Source: Planctomycetota bacterium
GTDB taxonomy: Bacteria; Planctomycetota; GCA-002687715; CAIWVZ01
DNA: 64,000 bases
Assembly (NCBI GenBank): GCA_044222185.1
Contig: JBGANV010000001.1
Coordinates: forward strand, 2,192,975-2,256,974
Direction: 5' to 3'
Part shown: positions 56,855 through 64,000 of the stretch, one piece after another
Layout: each line of letters starts with the position of its first letter
How positions within the stretch are numbered: the first letter of the stretch is position 1
Program-made: the position numbers and the translations under genes
Notes under the pieces: generated by a model
What the model was told of the DNA's origin: nothing
The model's input: only the letters and a program-made list of their open reading frames with translations
Databases searched by the model: none

Positions 56855-59127
56855 CGCGCGCCTCCGCTGGGCTCACCCTCGCGCATGAGCGCGAGGCTCG
56901 CCTCGACGATGCCCGACTCGGAGGGCAGCACGTGCGTCCACGCCGTACCGAGCGGGACGTAGGTGTCCTCGCCCGCATAGCGCGCGATGCGCGGCAGGTC
57001 CGGTGAGAGGCGCTCGACGAGCGCCGTGATCACGCCCTCGGAGAGTCCACCGGTGCGCCGTCCCTCGTCCACCACGAGCACGGAGCCGGCGGCCCGAGCC
57101 TCGGCGCAGATCGTCCCCTCGTCGAGCGGGTTGAGCCAGCGCAGGTCGACGACGCGCACCCGCAGCCCGTGCTTCTGCTCGAGCGTGCGCGCCGCCCGCA
57201 GCGACAGCCACACGCCGTTGCCGAACGTGATGATCGCCAGATCGGCCTTCGTCGCATCCCCGAGGACTCGCGCCTTCCCGAAGGGGACGGCCCAGCCCGG
57301 AGCCGGGAACCGCGACATCCACAGACCGTCGTCCTGGTCGTAGAGGTCCTTCGTCATGAACAGGGCGATGGGCTCGAGGAAGAGGACGACGCGGCCGTCG
57401 ACCTTCGCGAGCGCCATGGCGGTCCGCATCATGCCCACGGCTTCGTCGCCGCGGCACGGAGCGCAGATCACCACGCCAGGCACGTCGCGCAGGGCGGCAA
57501 TGCTGTTGTCGTTGTGGAAGTGTCCGCCAAAGCCCTTCTGGTATCCGAAGGCGTTGATGCGGACGACCATCGGGTTCCGGTACTGCCCGTTCGAGAAGTA
57601 CTGGAGCGACGCCGCTTCGCCGCGGATCTGATCCTCGGCGTTGTGGTAGTAGGCGAGGTATTGGATCTCGGGCACGGGCAACATGCCGAGGTGCGCCGCG
57701 CCGATGGCGATCCCGAGGATCGACTGCTCGTCGAGGAGCGTGTCGAACACCCGCTCGGCGCCGGCGGACGCCTGCAGCCCGTCGGTCGCGTGGTAGACGC
57801 CGCCCTTCTTCGCCACGTCCTCGCCGAAGACGATCATCTCGGGGTACTTGGCGAGCATGTCGCGCATCCCGAGGCTCGTCATCACGGCGAAGTGGCGCGG
57901 GCGAGTGGAGGCTTCCGGGAGCTTGGTGGCATCGCCGCCGAAGAGGGGCAGACGCGCGTCGTCGTAGTCGGCGCGCTCGGCCTCAGCCTTCACGCGCTCC
58001 GGCGAATGGGGCGCGAGCGGGGCCATGACTTGCGCCGCCGACGTCAGCATGGGACGCCGCACGACCTCGCGCGCCGCCGCCGCCACGCGGGCGCGAACGC
58101 TCTCGTAGGTGTTCAAGAGATCGGCACGCGTCGCGATGCCGGCCTCCAGTGCGAGCCGGCAGGATTGGATCAGGGGATCGCGGGCCTCGACGACCTCGAT
58201 CTCCTCGCGCGAGTGGTACTCCGTCTCCACGTCGCTTCCCGCGTGCCCGAGCATGCGCACCGTGCGCACGTGGAGGAACGTCGGCTGCCGCTTCTCGCGG
58301 CACCATCGCACGGCGTCCAGCGACGCGTCGTAGGCGTCCGAGAGATCGAGACCGTCCGCTTGCACGTAGGCGAGCCCGTTGCGGTCGCCGTACGCATGCT
58401 CGATCCAGCCGGGAGGTGTGTCGACGGAGATTCCGATGCCGTTGTCTTCGCACACGAAGAGGATCGGCACGGGCGTTCCCTGGAACCACCACCACAACGC
58501 CATGTTGATCGCGCCCACGGCGGTCGAGTGATTGGCGCTCGCGTCGCCGAACGAGCACACGATGACGGAGTCGTCGGGAATCGGCAGCGGGAGCCCGAGC
58601 CGCGCGGCCTTCTCGAGGGCGAGGGCAGCGCCCACGGCTTTCGGCACCTGGGACGCGATCGTGCTCGTCTGCGGCGGGATCCACAGCGGGACGCTTCCGA
58701 ACACCTTGTGACGACCGCCCGCGATCGGGTCGTCGGCGGACGCCACGAGGCCGAGGAGCACGTCGAAGATCGGCGTCTGTCCCGGCACCTGCTTGGCGCG
58801 CTCGCAGAAGAACGCGCCCGAGCGGTAGTGCAGGAACGCCATGTCGGTCGGGCGGAGCGCCGCGGCGACGGCAGCGTTCCCCTCGTGGCCCGTGCTGCCG
58901 ATCGTGTACCAGCCCTCGTTGCGCGCTTTGAGGTTTCGGGCCTCGAAGTCCAGGTGCCGCGACTGGAACTGCGAATCGATGAGGTCGAGGAGGCGGCGTC
59001 CCGTGAGGTGGGTCGAGCCTCCCACGGGCTCGTCCAGGTCTCCGTCGCGCGCATCGCGACCGGTCCATTCCTCGATGAATTTGGCGAGATTCCGGTCGAC
59101 GATCGTGGCGCGGTTGACGGCGGACAT
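56851..59127 (-). CDS. Fused E1 alpha/beta TPP-dependent 2-oxoacid dehydrogenase (BCKDH-like)
   Basis: YTIGSTGHEG, HYRS, GGRHKVFG, FGDASANH...EDNGIGIS, GHAGSD, FGEDVAKKGGVY, DTLLDEQ, EIQYLAY, GGHFHN, DLRWLNPL. Confidence 0.9.
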   Translation of the reverse strand: MSAVNRATIVDRNLAKFIEEWTGRDARDGDLDEPVGGSTHLTGRRLLDLIDSQFQSRHLDFEARNLKARNEGWYTIGSTGHEGNAAVAAALRPTDMAFLHYRSGAFFCERAKQVPGQTPIFDVLLGLVASADDPIAGGRHKVFGSVPLWIPPQTSTIASQVPKAVGAALALEKAARLGLPLPIPDDSVIVCSFGDASANHSTAVGAINMALWWWFQGTPVPILFVCEDNGIGISVDTPPGWIEHAYGDRNGLAYVQADGLDLSDAYDASLDAVRWCREKRQPTFLHVRTVRMLGHAGSDVETEYHSREEIEVVEARDPLIQSCRLALEAGIATRADLLNTYESVRARVAAAAREVVRRPMLTSAAQVMAPLAPHSPERVKAEAERADYDDARLPLFGGDATKLPEASTRPRHFAVMTSLGMRDMLAKYPEMIVFGEDVAKKGGVYHATDGLQASAGAERVFDTLLDEQSILGIAIGAAHLGMLPVPEIQYLAYYHNAEDQIRGEAASLQYFSNGQYRNPMVVRINAFGYQKGFGGHFHNDNSIAALRDVPGVVICAPCRGDEAVGMMRTAMALAKVDGRVVLFLEPIALFMTKDLYDQDDGLWMSRFPAPGWAVPFGKARVLGDATKADLAIITFGNGVWLSLRAARTLEQKHGLRVRVVDLRWLNPLDEGTICAEARAAGSVLVVDEGRRTGGLSEGVITALVERLSPDLPRIARYAGEDTYVPLGTAWTHVLPSESGIVEASLALMREGEPSGGAR

Positions 59128-59275
59128 GGGCGGAAGTGTACGTGCGCAAATCTCGGTTTCCGAGCCGCGCTCGGCGGACGGACAGCCCTTACGCCCCGCG
59201 GCTGTCGCCGAAACGCGGCCGAGCGTGTAAAACGGGCGCCGCGATTGGCGGACGCCGCTTCGCACGACGCTCCTT

Positions 59276-59806
59276 ATGACACATGAGGCCACGACCGACG
59301 GTTCGCCCGCGAGCGCTGCCACACCGCGCACTCTGTTCCTGGTTCGCCACGCGGATGCCGCCGCCATCACGGGCGGCGGGTCCGATTTCGACCGCACGCT
59401 GACCGACGTCGGGGAGCGGCAGGCCGTGGCCATCGCCAGCCTCCTCGGATCGCGCCCCATCGACTACGTCGTCTGTTCCTCGTCCAATCGCACACGCGGG
59501 ACCGTGGCCCCGCTTCTCGCGCGCCTCTCTGCCCCGCTCCCGACGATCGCCTACGACAAGCGTGTCTACGACGCCGCCCTGAGTTCGCTGCTGCGCGTGA
59601 TCGAGTCCATTCCCCCGTCGTCGAAGATGGCCGTTCTCGTGGGCCACAACCCCGGCATGCTCGAAGTCCTCGCAACGCTCGTCGGCGACCCCTCGCCCCG
59701 CAACGGTTTCCCCAAGGCCGCCGTCGCCGAGCTCTCGGTGCCCGGGGATTGGTCGGCGATCCAGACGTTCCGCTGCCAGCTCGTGAAGTTCACCGAGCCA
59801 GCGTAG
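59276..59806 (+). CDS. sixA: Phosphohistidine phosphatase SixA family
   Basis: LFLVRHA, DFDRTLT..G, SSSNRTRGT, LVGHNPG, FPKAAVA. Confidence 0.85.
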   Translation: MTHEATTDGSPASAATPRTLFLVRHADAAAITGGGSDFDRTLTDVGERQAVAIASLLGSRPIDYVVCSSSNRTRGTVAPLLARLSAPLPTIAYDKRVYDAALSSLLRVIESIPPSSKMAVLVGHNPGMLEVLATLVGDPSPRNGFPKAAVAELSVPGDWSAIQTFRCQLVKFTEPA

Positions 59807-60211
59807 GAGCGCAAGGCGCCGCCTGGCCGGAAGGGCGAGGTTCTACCTCGCCCTGAACGTCGACGGGCGTCGATGACTCCCGCCGCTCTGCGCGGCTGCT
59901 CTCCCAACGCAACGCGCGCAAGGCTCGCACTCCGACATCGGTCCATCTGACCGTGCCGATCGCGGGTCGGTAGCGAAATTCATCGTCAGCCACGTTCCAG
60001 GCAGGGCTGGTGCCCTGCCGTCCAGCCGCGTGAAACGCGGCGCTCCGACGCAAGCGGCGATGCCGAATCCGGAGCGCCGGGCTCCAGCCTGGCCGGTCGG
60101 CGAGGTTCCACCTCGCCTGGACCTCCAACGGCCTCATCCTCGTTGAACGTGACCCACGTTCCAGGCAGGGCCGGTGCCCTGCCGTCCAGCCGCGTGAAAC
60201 GCGGCGCTCCG
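59803..60211. repeat. REP/BIME-like composite palindromic repeat, copy 1
   Basis: Modules in order A (59806-59853), B (59991-60047), A' (60071-60118), B' (60155-60211). Hairpins GGCGAGG-TTC(C/T)A-CCTCGCC, GGCAGGGC-NGGT-GCCCTGCC and GCCGCG-TGAAA-CGCGGC. 59849-60211 recurs inverted at 63621-64000. Confidence 0.85.
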
Positions 60212-60232
60212 GGCGAGTACCATCGAGCCGCC

Positions 60233-61753
60233 GTGCCGGAGATCGTCCTCGCAACGCTGAACGCGCGCTTCGCCCACGCCTCGCTCGGGCTGCGGTATCT
60301 GCACGCGAACCTCGGAGAGCTGGCGGCGAGGGCCGAGATCGTCGAGATGGACATCGGCCGCGAGCCGCTCGCCGCGGCGGAGATCATCCTCGGGCGCAAC
60401 CCGACGATCGTCGCGTTCGGCGTGTACATCTGGAACGTGGCGGAGACGACGGCCGTCATCGCGCTCCTCCGCCGCCTGCGCCCGGACATCCGCGTGATCG
60501 TCGGCGGACCGGAGGTCAGCTACGAGGTCGAAGAGCAGGAGATCTGCCGCCTCGCCGATCACGTCGTCACGGGCGAGGCCGACCTGACGTTCGCCGCGCT
60601 CTGCCGGACGTTGCTCGGCGGCGGCGAGGCGCCGCACCTGATCCAGTCGCCCGTGCCGGATCTCGCACAGATCGCCCTCCCCTACGACCGCTACGACGCG
60701 CGTGACATCGCCCACCGCATCCTCTACGTCGAAGCGTCGCGCGGATGCCCATACGAATGCGAGTTCTGCCTGTCGGCGCTCGACATCCCCGTGCGACAGT
60801 TCCCCCTCGATCGCTTCCTCGCCGGCATGCAGTCGCTCCTCGACCGCGGCGCGCGCAAGTTCAAGTTCGTCGACCGCACGTTCAACCTGAACATCCGCGT
60901 CGCGGAAGCCATCCTGCGCTTCTTCCGCGAACGCTGGTCACCCGACCTCTTCCTCCATTTCGAGCTGATCCCCGACCGGCTGCCCGAGCCTCTCCGCGAA
61001 CTCGTCGCGTCGTTTCCGCCGGGCGCGCTCCAGTTCGAGATCGGCATCCAGACGTTCGACCCGACCGTCGGGCGACTGATCAGCCGCCGTCAGGACGATG
61101 GGGCCGTGACCGAGAACTTCCGGTTCCTGCGCGACGACACGGGCGTCCACATCCACGCCGATCTCATCTTCGGGCTGCCGGGGCAGACGCTGGCGATGAT
61201 CGAAGCGGACTTCGATCACCTGCTCGCACTCCGCCCCCAGGAGATCCAGGTGGGCATCCTGAAACGCCTGCGCGGGACGCCGATCATCCGCCACGACGAA
61301 GCGTGCGGCATGGTCTACAGCCCTCACCCGCCTTACGAGATCCTGCAGACGAAGCTCATCGACTTCGCACTGATGCAGCGGCTGAAACGGTTCGCCAAGG
61401 CCTGGGACCTCGTCGCCAACAGCGGCAACTTCGTCGAGACGACGCCGCGGATCCTCGAAGGCGCGTCGGCGTTCCGTCGCTTCCTCGATTTCGCCGACGA
61501 CCTTTTCGCGCGCGAGGGCCGGACGTTCGGGATCACGCTGACGCGGCTGGCGGAGATCGTGTTCGATCACTCGACCACGCGGCGGGGCGGCGATCCGAAG
61601 ACGACCGCGCAGATCCTCTGGCGTGATTACCAGCGCGGCGGGCGCAGCGATCGCCCGCCGTTCCTGCGTCCGTGGATCACCACGGACGCGCCGCACACGC
61701 GACCCGGCCATGCGGCAGGCCTCGAACGACAGGCGCGGCATCGCCAGGAGTGA
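60233..61753 (+). CDS. B12-binding radical SAM protein (DUF4080 type)
   Basis: LNARFAHASLGLRYL, GVYIWN, GGPEVS, GEAD, YVEASRGCPYECEFCLS (CxxxCxxC), FVDRTFN, HADLIFGLP, LKRLRGT. GTG start. Confidence 0.92.
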   Translation: MPEIVLATLNARFAHASLGLRYLHANLGELAARAEIVEMDIGREPLAAAEIILGRNPTIVAFGVYIWNVAETTAVIALLRRLRPDIRVIVGGPEVSYEVEEQEICRLADHVVTGEADLTFAALCRTLLGGGEAPHLIQSPVPDLAQIALPYDRYDARDIAHRILYVEASRGCPYECEFCLSALDIPVRQFPLDRFLAGMQSLLDRGARKFKFVDRTFNLNIRVAEAILRFFRERWSPDLFLHFELIPDRLPEPLRELVASFPPGALQFEIGIQTFDPTVGRLISRRQDDGAVTENFRFLRDDTGVHIHADLIFGLPGQTLAMIEADFDHLLALRPQEIQVGILKRLRGTPIIRHDEACGMVYSPHPPYEILQTKLIDFALMQRLKRFAKAWDLVANSGNFVETTPRILEGASAFRRFLDFADDLFAREGRTFGITLTRLAEIVFDHSTTRRGGDPKTTAQILWRDYQRGGRSDRPPFLRPWITTDAPHTRPGHAAGLERQARHRQE

Positions 61754-61768
61754 CGCCGCGGCCTCGAG

Positions 61769-63472
61769 TCACTCCAGGCCGACGACGTTGCCGTCGGCGT
61801 CGATGTCGATGTGCTCGCCGGCCGGAACCGAACCCAGGCCCGGCATGAGGCGCATCTCGCCGAGCACGGCCGTCACGAAACCCGCGCCCGCGAGCAACCG
61901 CGCCTCGCGCACCGGCACGCGGAACCCGCGCGGACGGCCGCGCAACGCCGGATCGTGACTCAGCGACAACTGCGTCTTCGCCATGCACACGGGCAGCTTG
62001 CCGTATCCCCGCTTCTCGAATTCGGCGAGCTGCTTCTTCGCCTCGGCGGAGAAGTCGACGCCGTCCGCGCCGTAGATGCGCGTCGCGATCGTCTCGATCT
62101 TCGCCGCGAGCGGCATCTCGTCCGAATAGAGCGGCGCGAAACGCGAGGCCGACGACGTCCACGCGGCGCGCACGGCGCGAGCCACGTCCTCCGCGCCAGC
62201 GCCGCCGTTGGCGAAGTGCGTCGCGGGCACGCAAGCCTGGGCGCCCGCACGCAGGGCGACCTCGCGCACGGCGGCGATCTCGGCGGGAGTGTCCTGCGGG
62301 AAGCCGTTGATCGCGACGACGCACGGCACGCCGAACTGCACCATGTTCTCCACGTGCTTCGCCAGATTCTCGGCGCCGCGTTGAACGGCCGGCACGTTCT
62401 CCGTCGTCAACGCCGGATCGAGCGCCTTGCCGATGGCGACCTTGCCCACGCCCCCGTGCATCTTGAGCGCGCGAATCGTCGCCACGAGGACGACGACGTC
62501 GGGGCGCAGCTCACCCTGGCGGCACTTGATGTCGAAGAACTTCTCCGCGCCCATGTCGGCACCGAATCCGCCTTCGGTCAAGACCACGTCGGCGAGCTTG
62601 AGCGCGATGCGATCGCCGATGACGGAGCTGTTGCCGTGCGCGATGTTGGCGAACGGTCCCGCGTGGAGGAACGCCGGTCCGCCCTCCATCGTCTGCACGA
62701 GGTTGGGCTTGATGGACTCGCGCATGATGGCCGCCATGGCGCCGGCGACCTTCAGGTCCTCGAGCGTCACGGGCGTGCCGTCGTGTTTCGCGCCGATGAT
62801 GATGCGGCCGAGGCGGTGACGGAGGTCGCGGAGATCCGTCGCCAGCGCGAGGATCGCCATCACTTCGGAGGCGGCCGTGATCTGCCACTGCTCCTCGCGA
62901 GGCACGCCGTTCTCGTCGCCGCCGAGCCCGACGACGGCGTGGCGCAACGCGCGGTCGTTCGTATCGACGACGCGGGGCCAGCTGATCGAATGGGGGTCGA
63001 TGCCCAGCTTGTTGCCGTGGTGGAGATGGTTGTCGATGAACGCCGACGCGAGGTTGTGCGCGGCGGTGATGGCGTGAAGGTCGCCCGTCAGTCCGAGGTT
63101 GATGAGGTCGATGGGAAGGAGCTGGCTCTTGCCTCCGCCCGAGCCGCCGCCCTTCACGCCGAAGACGGGGCCGAGCGACGGCTGGCGGAGCGCCGCCACG
63201 CACTTGACGCCGAGGCGGCAGAACGCTTGCGCGAGCCCGATCGACGTGGTGGTCTTGCCTTCGCCGAGCGGCGTCGGCGTCACCGCCGTCACGAGGACGT
63301 GCTTGCCGTTGGGGCGATCGGCGAGGCGCGAGAGGACGTCGAGGCGGACCTTCGCGGCCCACGGTCCATAGGTCTCGATCTCATCGGGAAGGAGACCCAG
63401 TTCGCGCGCCACGTCGACGATGGGGCGCATGGGTGATTTTCCTGGCGAACGTGACGACGGGGACTCTGCCAT
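61769..63472 (-). CDS. fhs: Formate--tetrahydrofolate ligase
   Basis: VTAVTPTPLGEGKTTT, RQPSLGPVFGVKGG, TGDLHAITAAHNL, HAGPFANIAHGNSS, GFGADMGAEKFFDIKCR, CMAKTQLSLS, MPGL. GGAGG RBS. Confidence 0.97.
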   Translation of the reverse strand: MAESPSSRSPGKSPMRPIVDVARELGLLPDEIETYGPWAAKVRLDVLSRLADRPNGKHVLVTAVTPTPLGEGKTTTSIGLAQAFCRLGVKCVAALRQPSLGPVFGVKGGGSGGGKSQLLPIDLINLGLTGDLHAITAAHNLASAFIDNHLHHGNKLGIDPHSISWPRVVDTNDRALRHAVVGLGGDENGVPREEQWQITAASEVMAILALATDLRDLRHRLGRIIIGAKHDGTPVTLEDLKVAGAMAAIMRESIKPNLVQTMEGGPAFLHAGPFANIAHGNSSVIGDRIALKLADVVLTEGGFGADMGAEKFFDIKCRQGELRPDVVVLVATIRALKMHGGVGKVAIGKALDPALTTENVPAVQRGAENLAKHVENMVQFGVPCVVAINGFPQDTPAEIAAVREVALRAGAQACVPATHFANGGAGAEDVARAVRAAWTSSASRFAPLYSDEMPLAAKIETIATRIYGADGVDFSAEAKKQLAEFEKRGYGKLPVCMAKTQLSLSHDPALRGRPRGFRVPVREARLLAGAGFVTAVLGEMRLMPGLGSVPAGEHIDIDADGNVVGLE

Positions 63473-63620
63473 GACCTGACCTCCGCGCGGCTGGGTGAGG
63501 CATTCTCAACGGCTCCGCGCTCGCCACAAGCGCGCCATTCGGCGGGTTGGAGGTACGGAGCTGTGCGCAGACCGTGAAACGCAGCGCCCGCTGGCCGCCA
63601 GATGACGGCACGGCGATCAT

Positions 63621-64000
63621 CGGAACGCCGCGCTTCGCGCGGCTGGACGGCAGGGCACCAACCCTGCCTGGAACGTGGGTCACGTTCAACGAGGATGAGG
63701 CAGTTGGAGGTCCAGGCGAGGTGGAACCTCGCCGACCGGCCAGGCTGGAGCCCGGCGCTCCGGATTCGGCATCGCCGCTTGCGTCGGAACGCCGCGCTTC
63801 GCGCGGCTGGACGGCAGGGCACCAGCCCTGCCTGGAACGTGGCTGACGATGGTTTTCGCGACCGACCCGCGATCGGCATTCGAGGTTTCATCCGGCGGTC
63901 AGATGGACCGATGTCGGAGTGCGAGCCTTGCGCGCGTTGCGTTGGGAGAGCAGCCGCGCAGAGCGGCGGGAGTCATCGACGCCCGTCGACGTTCAGGGCG
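63621..64000. repeat. REP/BIME-like composite palindromic repeat, copy 2 (inverted, runs off the window end)
   Basis: Reverse complement of 59849-60211 with scattered substitutions and an ~17-nt insertion near 63879-63895. Confidence 0.85.

Noticed and set aside
59803-60211. CRISPR array, or real ORFs within the repeats (e.g. MNVTHVPGR... at 60143 and 63381-63689)
   Set aside because: There are only two copies of each module with irregular spacing and no cas genes. The similar peptides are simply translations of the repeat.
63473-63620. Possible ZTP or THF riboswitch upstream of fhs
   Set aside because: Only a CTGGCG fragment matches. The GGTGG/CCAC stem, GGGAGC and GCCTGGGC elements are absent.

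Overview
A GC-rich, gene-dense bacterial chromosome segment with about 45 protein-coding genes. I saw no rRNA, tRNA, CRISPR array, transposase or phage genes. A Planctomycetota-like host is a tentative inference from the bacterial topoisomerase VI and the FG-GAP-rich secretome. In order, the window holds: a partial acyl-CoA dehydrogenase, an MBOAT O-acyltransferase, an HhH-GPD glycosylase, a histone-H1-like protein, a thioesterase, an isochorismatase-family hydrolase and an Fe-S PD-(D/E)XK nuclease. Next is a complete phosphate regulon in two blocks (phoB-phoR-porin-phoU, and pstSCAB divergent from DUF47-pit) with recognisable 11-bp-period Pho boxes, interrupted by a TPR lipoprotein, an M1 aminopeptidase and a class V aminotransferase. 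These are followed by archaeal-type top6B-top6A, a MacB/FtsX-type ABC exporter, a globin-coupled chemoreceptor, a four-gene transmembrane glycosylation cassette, an M28 peptidase, a NitT/TauT-type ABC pair, three FG-GAP secreted proteins, and a fused E1 alpha/beta dehydrogenase coupled to a FabD-like acyltransferase. The window ends with sixA, a B12-binding radical SAM gene and fhs, the last two bracketed by an approximately 370-bp inverted REP/BIME-like repeat. The most notable signal is that five signal-peptide proteins, three with FG-GAP passengers, one with an unrelated passenger and one with no passenger, share a ~120-135 aa C-terminal domain. This is a candidate undescribed sorting, secretion or docking system.
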